From NCBI GenBank assembly GCA_045837725.1, contig JBEWZL010000152.1:62001-126000 (forward strand): 64,000 bases of DNA, read 5' to 3'. The DNA comes from Vermamoeba vermiformis. Lineage: Eukaryota. The translations under genes were made by a program, and so were the position numbers. The notes under the pieces were generated by a model. That model saw nothing but the letters and a program-made list of their open reading frames with translations. It was not told the DNA's origin and searched no databases. Shown piece by piece: positions 50,286-64,000 of this stretch (within the stretch, counting starts at the first letter, position 1; each line of letters starts with the position of its first letter).

Positions 50286-51200
50286 TCATTGATTGTTGAA
50301 TTCATCAATCATTGCTTTGATTGTGAACGAAGGAATAATTTGCGTAGATGTGAGAACTTGGTGAGTGACAGGTGATGTGTCATTATCTGCAAGCCAAGCT
50401 TCAATTGCACTTCGTTCATAGGTGTGACCGTCAGAGAGTTGAACTGGATCCACCATTAATTGCTTTGTTAGAGGGCAAATCAATGCACTAGGAGCCTTCT
50501 TTTTGATCTCTTGCTTTAATTCAATCTTCTTTTTTGCTGGCTACAATCTAATTAGAGATTGAACAATTAAACTTGCACTTACCTTGACTTCATGCTGTTG
50601 GCCAAATTCATTAAAAGGATCATACTCTCGGCGAAGCTCCTTAATTGCTTCTTCAAATGCAACTTTAACTGCTATTGTTTTGACTTTGAATGCAAATGAT
50701 CCCAAGTCATGACCATCAATCATCAATAATTCTTGGCCAGTAATCTGATCAATTTGAAAATACAATGAGAATATATCTATATATTTCAAATGTTCTTATT
50801 ACTTACACCTTTGTGTTTGAAGGTAGTGGTCAATGAATTTAAGCCTTTCTCTTTTAGCCACTTCACAACATGCTTGGTTTTCCATGCCAATACTCCTGTG
50901 AATTCACTGAATATATCTTTTTTGCATTTGACTAAAAGAATATATGTTTGAAGGCGCTTTGCTTCATTGTAAGACATTTTTAAGCACTGAGTAATGTCTT
51001 GAGTTGTTAGACCAAGCAAGATTTGGCCTGAGATTTCATTTTGGTCTATTCCATGAACAGCCTCATCAGGGGCTTGGATGTCTTTCATAAATTCAACAAC
51101 ATCTGCCACTGTCCAATTTGCTACAGGTGATTTATTTTTTCTCTCTTCTATTGATGCTCTGCTCTTTCTGCTCCAATTTTGAAATTTTCAAATAAGTCTT
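50286..51200 (-). CDS. Tandem SAM-domain plus C-terminal U-box E3 ligase (3' part)
   Basis: VANWTVADVVEFM and LAWKTKHVVKWL SAM starts, and ITGQELL. U-box LICPLTKQLMVDPV..SDGHTYERSAIEAWL..NDTSPVT. Confidence 0.8.
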
Positions 51201-51536
51201 CAAGTGGATGATTATTTTAAAGATGATTCAGAAGAAATTTTTTACGATTCATTATTTTCTCTAACTCTACATTTATCTTATAAGGGTATTTTTTTAATTT
51301 TTATTCTCTTCTCCCTCTTTTTTACATTTTTTTTTCAATTTTTCTTATCATCTCCTTCACCCAGGAGCCTACTACTCGAGAATAAGATATAATAGGCTCT
51401 CTGTAATGCAGGAGGTTTTTTGCGGAAAGTGTTTTTTGGCACCGGGCCTGTGCCTCTCACATTTTATCTCGATCTAGTCTAAACTCCAATGTCCTCAAGA
51501 GCGAGCCCCATAAGGTGCTGAGTCGGCAAGCTAGAA

Positions 51537-51790
51537 TTATTGTTTGTTGGCTTTGGCAAAGTAAGTAATTCCTAACTTACAACTCAAGTCCAATCCAATT
51601 AGTTTACATGAAGCCAATGGTTCTACAACCCATTCTCCTTCCAAATAAATTCTGTTGTTAGACAGATTCAAGAGAGTCAAAGACTTGGACGTTTGTGCAA
51701 ATTCCAATATAAGCTTGGCACAAGTATCATCAAGATCACATCCTGAAATAAAAATGTCATTAACTTTGTATTTTTGCAATTACAATTTTG
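51537..51790 (-). CDS. Leucine-rich-repeat (RNI-like) exon, possibly the 5' part of the SAM/U-box gene
   Basis: SKSLTLLNLSNNRI and KLIGLDLS motifs. Linkage to the downstream exons could not be traced. Confidence 0.5.
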
Positions 51791-52588
51791 TACTTTTAAT
51801 ATCCAATCTTGTCAAATGATTTGGCGGCCTAATCCTGCCACAATTCGTGATGGAGTTCAATCAAGTATTAGTATAAATAATTTGTAGACATTTCTTACTT
51901 ACTGTCAAATTCCACTTCTTCATACTATTAATCAGCTGTAAAAAATTGACAAGATTTTTGTTGGTGATCCATCGAATTTGAAGAAAATAGTGTTAAAAAA
52001 TATATTAAAATGTAGAATAAAATTGATAATTGTACTAGGCCGCAATGACAATCGTAATTATTCAAAAATAAAACTTTTTTAATAACTTACCTTTAATTTT
52101 AATTTTTGTTGCTCCTTTCAGTCTGTTGAATTAATATCTTCTTTGTTGAGCAAGTGCGACTAATCTGTTTAAATTGGATGCCGTTTTTGACCTCTTTTTT
52201 GGTCGGTATTCGCTCGGGTCCAAACTGACCCAAACGAATCCTATTTCACGTTTTTTGGAATTGTTGTTATTAGACATAACTACTGGTGTGTTGTATTCAC
52301 TGTGAGCAGCTCATTTGAACAAAAAAAAACGTAATCGAACCCAAAAAATCTTTTTTGCTTTTCCCACAGAATTATTACTTCTGTTGCTGAATAATTGCTT
52401 CTGGAAGCTCGGCATGATTTAGCTACCATATATTAATTAATTACGTCAAAATTAGCTTTTATTACAATTGTTTCGTTGTGTCTTAACTGACACGGAGTTG
52501 GATGCGCAGTTTGAATTCTCGATTCAAACAGCACTGGTAATTAAATATTTCGTATATATTATATAGACTAGACTTGTAGCTACATATT

Positions 52589-54866
<2,278 letters not shown>

Positions 54867-55211
54867 GACGTGGTGTTGTTGTTGCTAGACTAATTTGAAA
54901 GTAATAACAAGCCAAAAACGCAATTTTTCAATCAACTTTTTACTGCTTTTAGAATTTTTATTGAAATCTCAGGTTTTTGTTCCGATCCGCAGACTTTTCC
55001 ATCAGATCTATATTACTTGATTGTATTGCTAAGGTACATCTTGGCATCGCAGTAAATGTCGGCCAATTTAATGGCCGTTGATTCGATTGATCCTGAAAAA
55101 CTGAAATTTTCATTAAAAGCGCAGTGTTGTTTGATTAAGGGGCGCAATTTTACTTAAAAATTCAGTTCATGTTGTCGTGTGCACTCGGCGATGCCATTCA
55201 CGTTTTAAAAT

Positions 55212-55674
55212 TTATTCGTCTTTGTTCTGATGCGAGCCCGCCGCGCTGTAAGTTGTCTTGTATGGGTTTGCAAGCGGTAATTTGCCTCTTAATACTGACT
55301 CCTTTTCATCTCGGGTCGGAATAATCTCGTATTGGCGCTTGTTCAAGCTATCAAAGCTCAGAGATCAGAATTTTTTTCTTTGGCAATACCAGCGGGATCT
55401 ACGGCTTACCTCGAGCGAGTGAACAAATATCGGCCAAAGGTAAAGACAGCAAGTATGGCAGGCACGCCAACGATGAAAAAGAGAGGATAGGCCTAATTAG
55501 AAATTAGCTATTGAATTTTCGAGTTAATATTGATTGATCCAGAAAGCGAACAGCAATTCAAATTATTTTAATATGCAATTACATTACTATTGTAAGGTAG
55601 TTACTTACTGCTTTGGCTCTGCCACTGAACCAAGCGTGTTTAGGGCTATTCTTTTGGGCGTTCTTTTTATCCAT
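55212..55674 (-). CDS. Small single-pass membrane protein, NDUFA4/COXFA4/B12D-like (absent from the ORF track)
   Basis: Exons 55609-55674, 55410-55492 and 55212-55347 splice in frame with GTAAGT/GTAAGC...TAG, giving MDKKNAQKNSPKHAWFSGRAKAAYPLFFIVGVPAILAVFTFGRYLFTRSSLNKRQYEII...NKDE*. It may extend further 5'. Confidence 0.7.
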
Positions 55675-56238
55675 TGGATTTGGTTTGATAGGCTATTAAT
55701 AGTTATGGTACGTGTTCCAGTTGTATTTATGAAGCAATACCGCTATTTTGCGTCGGTAAATATTTATCTGATTTTGAAATAATTCAAATTTTCTATTTGT
55801 TATCGTTCAAATCCGGCTGAAGTTTCAAAATTCTCATGACTACGAGTACTGAACGTAAAATTGTTCACTTGCGTATATTTTGTATTCGCTTAGCCATTAG
55901 CGGTTGATCAAGATATTTTGGCTCCAATCGATCGAGTTTACGGAATTATATAGCGCCCATACATAAATAATTGTTATTTATGCCGTTGATTTTTGTATGT
56001 TTTTCAAATTGCAGAACCCTCTGGCGGGATCCCTTGACCACAAATCCTCAGATGCTTCCTGTTCCAATAATGAATTAATACTAATAGTACGTTTGATATT
56101 TGATAGCGTTATAACTATCTTCTATCGATGGCAGTAGTTTACCTATTGACGTTTCGTTACACATTGGAAAATTTGTGGCCGTTGAAATCCTTTTGATTTT
56201 AATGGCCAAAAACGACCCAAAAACTATAACAATTTTGC

Positions 56239-56275
56239 GTCTATATTAACGACACAGTCTATATTAACGACCACA
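56239..56275 (+). repeat. Two-copy 18/19-bp tandem repeat immediately before the F-box gene ATG
   Basis: gtctatattaacgacaca followed by gtctatattaacgaccaca. Confidence 0.8.
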
Positions 56276-56278
56276 GTA

Positions 56279-58703
56279 ATGTCGACACAATTTGATTTGC
56301 CTCACGAGATCTGGACGGAGATTTTTAAGTGCTGCGAGGCAGATTCGCTTGCAGCTGATCTTCCTCTCGTATGCAAGTTATTCGCGCAACTAACTGATGT
56401 TAATGAGCTATGGAGAATCAAGTGCATGCAAAGAGGACTGGATCTGACGCTAAAAAAGTCCAATGAAACTTACAAAGCCTTTTATTTTTTCCGTAAGTAA
56501 ATTTAAAATTTGCAAAAATCTTTTTTATTCATATGACTATCATAGTATTAATAAGGCGCAATGATCGGCCACAAATTCATCATTTACGTTCAAATTTAAA
56601 AATAACTTGATCTGGATGGCGTTCTAACATTTTTATTGCGTTCAGAACACCTCGAGTTCTTTCCCTTATTTGGCATTGAAATCGGAAAGACCACCGAGGC
56701 AGAATTGTTAGCTATTAAAGGAGCGATTTCGCAGAACACCTCTCGTTACGTGACGATAAAACAAGTCAATTTTTGGTATAACAACCCTGATAGCGTATTC
56801 AAAATGATGTACTTAGTGAAGGGAATTTATGTTATACCTGAGTAAGTATAAATAAGCCAAATACAAAAAAACCGAGATTTAAATCTGCGATCGAAATTGA
56901 AACTAAGGCTAATTTAAATAGGGAGTGGCAAAAATTTGGGTTGCATTACGAATATGGCTGGAATTCACTATTGGTCTATTTAAAAGAATACAATCATAAC
57001 TACCAGATCAAAGCATTGCCGAGTCAAGAAATGTTTCAAGATCGAGAATGTTTCTCAGCTTCAGTTGAAACCATTGGCAAATGCAAAGACGTGTATTTTA
57101 GTGTTACTTTTGCCTTCAATTATACACCTGGTACGTCGACTACAAAAAAAATAACTTGAAATTTTTGGATCTAATTCGCTTTTTACTTAATTAGGAAATG
57201 TGAACACGAAAGGAACATTGTACAGCATTTCAGTGAACACAAGCTCAAACAAAGAGCAAGAAAAGGAGTGGAAGAGGTATTACGAAAAGAACGTGTTTAA
57301 TACCAAGGGCTATGTTATCGAGAACGAAGAACAAGTGCGAGAAGCGTTAGCAAAGCAATTGCCAAAGATTGCACCGACATTAAGGCGGAAACTTAGAGTC
57401 GTCAAACCAAAACCAAAAATTATTCCATTGGTCGCGGTCGACGGGGTGCAAATTCCAAACGATATTTGGCCAATAATTTTCAGACACACCGATGAAAAAT
57501 CACTTGCGATCAATGTGCCACAAGTGTGCATGGCCTTTAATAGGTTAAGCAGCGACGATCGAGTGTGGGAAGAAAAATGTTTGAAGGCTGGACGAGATAT
57601 GAAGGGCCGTTACGAAGACGAGACTTGGAAACATTATTATTTTACGAGTAAGTCTCATTTATTATTCAGATAATTTCCTTTTATGGTAATAACCAAGTAA
57701 CGATTGAAACACACTTCAAAAAATCGATCCAAATTTCATTAACTTCCTGGCGTCTTGTACAGTTGTACAGATTATTTCCTTATATGGCAATTTCACTCAT
57801 CGATTTCTTATTCGCAGAATTATTGCCGTTATTCCCATTGTTCGGTTGCGTCATTGACCAAACGACTGAAAAAGAATTGCTGGCTCGACCTGACGCCACC
57901 AAAGCAGAGCGAGACCAGTACGCGACGATCAACAAAGTCAATTTTTGGTTCAATAACAGCGACAAGGTGTTCAAAATGATGTACATTGTACGCGGCATTT
58001 ATCCAATTCCTGAGTAAGTAATCGTCAATAGAAGCAACTAACATTCTTACAATATTATCAATTAGCTATAATAATATTATAAATTAACGAATTTATGTGA
58101 CCTTACATCTCATTATAACAATTAATTGCTTTGTTATGGTAGCTTAAAATTAACGTCTTTTTGCCGTACAGCGAATGGCTCAATCTCGGCATTAATTTCG
58201 AAAAGAGTTACGTGGAGTACTTGGAATTCTTCAAATACAGACTGGGCAATTATCAAGTCACCAACGCTCCGTCGCAGCAAAACCATTCGTTCATGCCAAA
58301 GGCCAGCTTCAACGCTTCAGTCAACGTCATTGCTCGTCACAATGAAACTTTTTATATGATGACTTTCATGTTTGGCTACGTGCCAGGTACGTTCACGAAA
58401 AATAATGAAATTTCATGCGTTTTAAATTTACAGCGATCCGGACTTACAACTCATAACTTTTTTTCCTAATTAGGCAATACTCAAACCAAAAATACATTGT
58501 ATAGTATTTCAGTCCGCGGAGCGTACAATCCTAGCGAAGTGGGCGAGTGGAGAACGAATTACGAAGATCACGTGATAATTCACAAAGATCCAGTTGAAGA
58601 TCCCGAACTACCTGCAGATAACCCTGAGTACAATACGAATCAAAATAATCATTGGGAACCTGCTGCTGATGTTGATGTTGATTTTGACGAGTTATTTACA
58701 TAA
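56279..58703 (+). CDS. Protein built from two tandem (F-box + unknown domain) units
   Basis: LPHEIWTEIF...LPLVCKLF..LW and IPNDIWPIIF...VPQVCMAF..VW. Each is followed by FPLFG..I..TTE.ELLA, VNFW.NN.D.VFKMMY.V.GIY.IPE and TLYSISV. Confidence 0.8.
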
Positions 58704-58825
58704 ACGTATTTTGTCCAAAAGAATTCTAATATGAGCACATCGAAGACGAAGGTAAGCACAAAGACTGAGACGCGTTGCGATTTTCAAACAAAAATTTTAT
58801 ATTCTACTACAACACAATTTCGCAA

Positions 58826-61264
58826 TTAAATATTATTATTTACATTTTCTTCGTCGCTGTTATGACTTTCAGTTCCAGATTCATCGGACTCAGAAGCGCT
58901 AGTCTTGTCGTCGGATGCGCTCGGCTCATCCGCAACAGTAGTTTTCGGATCAGGCATGGTAATCGCGACTTCACCTTCGTTCATATTTGCACCTTGCACT
59001 TCTTCCTTTAGTGGCGACTCCAATTCCACTGAGCGATGAGTTTCCGTAGCCTGACTTAATTGTTGGAGTGGTGTGTTGGCCGTACTTGTGACCGATGTGG
59101 CGGACCCAGCACGGAGACGAGCAGTTGATACTGCTTTAGGAAGACTAACGCTCGACGGTCTCCTCGCATTGCCATCTTAATTGGAGGTCAGCATTTGACA
59201 CGTGTCACAAGAAAACTCGTAAAAGTACGTACCTCCGGAGCTCGATTTCTTCGAAATTGGGATTGAGAACGCTAACACTTTGAATAGACTAGTTGATAAG
59301 AACATAATGAAGCCAAAAGTATCTCCAGCGACGAGTCCATATGGATAAAAGGCGTAGTCTGTCGCTTGGAATATCAAGTACAATATAATGCCCAATTGAA
59401 AAGCTGCACTTGCGTATAACAACTTAATCGCCTATATATATATAATCAAATTGTAAAAATATTGAAGAGTTTTTCTATAGGAATATTAAACTACCTTATA
59501 TTTGCTCTTAGTCTTCTCGGTTTGGACCCGATTTTGAGTCGAGTTCAATGTCTTCATTAATGTATGGCCGTAGTAAAAGAAGAAAATTGACGTGAACGAC
59601 AGCACCACGCCATAGAATACTGATATAACTATAATAAGGGTTGACAGTGGACCTTCGCCGATGCCTCGCAAAATGGCGATCGTGAACTCGAAGGCCCAAA
59701 TGATCGATACAACGACGTAGAATGGAATCTGAGCCTTGTCCAAAAAAGTTACAGTTTTGCTCTTTTGTTTGGTCAGAAGTTCTTTCCTAAAAAGGAAATA
59801 ATCTATTTAGCGTATGTATACTTCCTAATTCATGTATGATTTTGATTTCTAATCAAATTCTGAAAATATTATTCGATAGTGATATGTAAAAATAATCGGA
59901 GGAGTGTCTTTCTCACAGGAAAACTTCGGATGTGCTCGAGCATTTTTGATTCAGTATCTTACCAATACAACGTGATCAAGAGCGAAGTGGCGGGTATAGC
60001 TGGAATACTGATAGTATACAAAATATGGCTAGCAGCTAACGGAAAAATAGCCCGACTGCCCCATGGATCAACCGCTACGAAGATCGCACGTTCTAATTTG
60101 TGCAATTCATTAATTAACCTTCCACAGGCCAGTATATGTGATATCATACCTAAATTGGCAAATAATTCTATCCACAAGCACACCTGAGGAATCGATCGTT
60201 CTGGTCCAAATGCACGAATAAACGTCTAAATTTATCGTTAGCCGGATGTCACCTTGTTTTGACGAGATATGATAAATAAATATTTATAAATACTACGTAC
60301 TGATAGCTTCCATGCAGCTAATATCGCTACTGCTAACGCGTAACTGCCCAAGACTGCGCTTATGACTGGAAATGCTGCAGAGTTGTACGCCTCTTCCCAA
60401 GGATTCGGATCTGTTCATTAATTTCCTATTAATATATTGTGCAATATACGAGGAAATGGGCAAGACTATGATTGATTTGATTTGCTGCGAAGACTAAATT
60501 TCGTTCACAAAAAATGGTTGGATTTGTTAAGTTTGCGTTTAAATTTTTGTTGAACCGTACCATCAAAGCCTATTTCAATTACTACAGTAATATTATCAGC
60601 ATCGGATTGCATATAGTTGATAACTTTCTGAAAATCCTTGTATGAGACATCCCAAACTGGTATGTTGATGTCGGAGATATCAGACCCGTCTCTTAATCGC
60701 TCTAATATGCCAGGAAATGCTATTAAATATATTAGCACATTTGATTAATCAAGAAGTAATTAAATAGCAATAATTACGTACATGAAAATCGCGCGCAATT
60801 CACATAGCCGATTATACCACGACCTATTTGACTTCTTATTTGGTCTTCAGTTCTATTGATGAATATTTAATCGTTAGAAAAAGCGTAATAATTAATTATT
60901 TAATGATTTTGTAACGGTCGGGATCGGATCTGTAAATTGTCTAGTCTTTGAAGACCAATGAATACATACGTTCCATGTCCTATGAAGCAAGAGAGTATAA
61001 TATTTCCTTCCGCAGGCCCAGCTCGGTCATTAAACGTAGCTGCCAGCCTCGATCTAATTGGCTCGGATGTGTTTCTGGGTGGAAAAAGCTGTTCAGGCCG
61101 AAATCCGACGTCGATTAATTAATTATTTTTACTTACATCTGATTATTTCCATATCGTCTAATCCACGGACTATTGTAAAAACCAGCAAGCTCTGGAGGTT
61201 CGAGTACTGTTAACGCATTGTTTAAAGCAATAAATACTAATAATACATAAATACAACGAGCCAT
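58826..61264 (-). CDS. Multi-pass (7TM-like) membrane receptor with signal peptide, PA-like ectodomain and acidic Ser/Thr-rich cytoplasmic tail
   Basis: Signal MARCIYVLLVFIALNNA, INIPVWDVSYKDFQKV (PA-like end), DPNPW, then about seven hydrophobic segments including AVDPWGSR and LLITLYW. Confidence 0.7.
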
Positions 61265-62110
61265 GGTGCTCGTATTACGCTCGAAATTAAACTAATTGCA
61301 GGACTTGGTTTCCTTCTTTTGGGTGTCCAATTTCTATAAAAGGAAACTAAGAATCAAACGTCAACAAATTTTCGGTAATTTTCGCAAGTACAAAAGACTA
61401 CGTGTTTGCAATTAGAGTGCACACCCACGAAGCTTGTCAGACGGACTCAACGACGACGCCCAGAAGAAACAGGAGAGCGCGCGGGGGGGGACCCACCCGG
61501 GATATTTTTGAGGCGAGCTGTTCTGTGAGGCGGGCTGATTTTTAGATGTATCGTCCACTTTTTTGTTTGTCTGCAGCAAAAGTGAAAAAACGCTATTCTA
61601 GAATTCTAAAGGATCGGAACGATCCACCAAATTTTTTTAGAAGGCCACCACGCGTACCTTGACAAATCATTAGCCACTGTATTGATCCGACGTCCCGCAG
61701 TCCTTTTTATTATGTTTTTTTTTATCGACCATTTTTTTCGTTATCACCCATTTTATGTACTTTAAATTTATTTTATTTCTATTAAAAAAGTATTATTATT
61801 TTTTAATATTAAAATAGGATAAATACTTCAAAAGATTAAGGAGAATATAAGTGATCTTAAAAGCCAATTCAGATCCGCTCTTTTAAGCGATAAGCCATCA
61901 GATTATGCCGCCGAGGTCTGGATATTTTACAAAACACGATGATTTTAGCGACTCGGCCTTGGATAAAAATGAACGAGAAAAGTAGTAGGAAAAGGACAAA
62001 ATAGAGGTGCTCTAGAAAAGTATACGGATTAAAAGTCTAATAAGCGACGCGGGTGTTGGGTGGTACGTGAGTTAATTCATTTTTGGCCAACGCAAGGAAG
62101 CAACGGCAGG

Positions 62111-64000
62111 ATGATTGATAGGAGAGTCATTGCTATAGGTCTCCTTCTTTGTGCTTCGTCTGCTCTGGCAGCGCAAACGGTGGAGCCGATCTGGTTGTCG
62201 CCTATCAACACGAATTACGGTAATTATTCTGGAGATGACGTCAAAAAATTTAATTTGTATATTTTAATGCTAATTAACAGTTAGTGATTGATTTACTGAC
62301 TTGATCTTGCATTTTGAAAGTTCCGATCCTCGGAGAATCTTTTTATTTATTAATTTAATCGCCTAAAATTAAAGCGTCAATTATTGACTGTATTAAACAG
62401 ATAATTTGGATGAATACTCTGAGCAATTCCCGGAACAAGGAGTTTGGTCCACCATCCCTGTGGGCGCTGGAGCTCGTGGTGCAGTTCCAATGTTACTGAA
62501 AGATTCGAAAGGTACTTTGTGGATCACTTTTGGAACCTCTCGACGCGTGCCACCTCTCTACTTACAGACCGTTTGGAATTACGATCCAAAACAAGATCTT
62601 TATCGTTGGGTCGCTGGTCCTGGAAACTCTTCAACATACCTTCGCAACCCTGGAGAGCTAAGAGTGCCTTCACTTGATAATTTTCCTGGTACTATTGCTT
62701 TAAGCACCGTTACAATCGATCATAACGACAACATCTGGTTCACTTCCTATACTGACTGCTGCGAACTTTGGATGTTTAATACTACGTCATACTTATTCAC
62801 TCGTATGCAAGGTAAGCGCAATCAGCAGATTATATGAACACAAATAAGTATAAAAAATAACTTACTTGCTCGGATCCAGATTTAAATCTCGACATTAAGA
62901 AGCCAAAAATTAATTTTTACTATTTAGGAGATTCTTCCGCTGCACAGGCGATAGATCCCAACTACGGAAATGTTCCAGGTGAACCAGGTCCCGAAGTCAG
63001 CCCTGGCAAAATTTCTGGTGCTTGTTTCGTGACCGATTCGCTCGACAATTTGTGGCTTATTTCAGGATTTGACTCAAGTTCAGCAACAAATAGAGTGTGG
63101 CACTTCAATACGACATCGTTACTATGGACCTTCATTAGTGGCAATGACACTTCTGTTGACACGACGTACGGCTCCAACCCTTATTATGGCGGTCGTATTT
63201 TGCCTGGCTGTGACATCGATGAAAATGACAAAGTTTGGTTGTTTGGCGGCGAAGGTTCAGCACAAGGTCTCTTTGACTTTAGTGACATGTGGTCATTTGA
63301 CACGCGCACGAAACAATGGCAGCTAGAATACGGCACACAAAACAATATTTTAAATGGCGCTAATATCGTATCAAGCGATTTCCATGCGGATAATTATCCT
63401 TCTGCAAAGCGAGCTCCAGCATTGGTCAACAGAAATGACGGAACTTTGGTTTTAGCCAGCGGAGGTGGCTACGATGTGAATCACGGTTCATTCGGAGGAC
63501 AAAACGATATTTGGCTATTCAATAAGACGTCGAAGCAATGGAAGATAATCTACGGCGATCCAACGAAACTCGATTTTCCGGGAAATTTCACTCATTACCG
63601 AACTGCTGGATCTGTTTTGAGTGGAAGATCAGCGATCGGAAGAGCGAATGGATTGAACCTTGACGGCGATTTATTCATTGTTGGTGGTGAGGTGAGCACT
63701 CGCTACATGGGAAGCAAGGAGATCTGGGTAGTGCCGTACGACCAATGCACCAACAACGCGCACAAGTGCTCAACGAACGCACAATGCATTGAAGAGATGA
63801 TTGGCTACTCGTGTGAATGCAATCAAGGGTTCACTGGCGATGGATTCACGTGCACTGCCAGCCCTGGATCTGTCAACGAACCTTCAAGCCCTAGCACTTC
63901 GAATCCCAATACAGGACCTCCTCCTACAACGAATCGTCCCGCCACTGTCTCTAGCTCGTACAGAATCTATCTTGGCTCTTCATGTTTTGCACTGGCATTA
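62111..64000 (+). CDS. Secreted Kelch/beta-propeller plus EGF-domain surface protein; runs off the window end
   Basis: Signal peptide, repeats such as DNLWLISG and DKVWLFGGEG..SDMWSFD, EGF DQCTNNAHKCSTNAQC....GYSCECNQGFTGDGFTC, Ser/Pro stalk and the start of a hydrophobic tail. Confidence 0.8.

Overview
Gene-dense eukaryotic DNA of about 40% GC, with many short GT-AG introns and CTRAY branch points close to the 3' splice site. The gene repertoire suggests a free-living amoeboid protist (inference). About 22 multi-exon genes can be traced: a tandem L-type lectin protein, a broken NTPase/restriction-nuclease (Crinkler-type) gene, GFA/CENP-V, a beta-helix surface protein, two putative transcription factors (one with a degenerate SH2 domain), an ALDH10 carrying a spliced-on 2H-phosphoesterase-like N-terminal domain, F-box proteins, a WDR62/MAPKBP1-like WD40 protein, BTB-ankyrin, a 12-kb ATM kinase, glutamate carboxypeptidase II, SAM/U-box, UDP-glucose pyrophosphorylase, an NDUFA4/B12D-like microprotein missing from the ORF track, a 7TM receptor-like protein and a Kelch-EGF surface protein. 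The most unusual signals are: (1) a perfect 12-bp palindrome, TGACACGTGTCA, found six times and always inside introns; (2) a ~165-bp, ~97% identical structured element that almost fills introns of two unrelated genes in the same orientation; (3) the 2H-ALDH10 fusion; (4) a TIR-bounded fold-back element in an intron. Single-base indels in otherwise intact genes, including UGP, suggest consensus errors, so the pseudogene calls are provisional.
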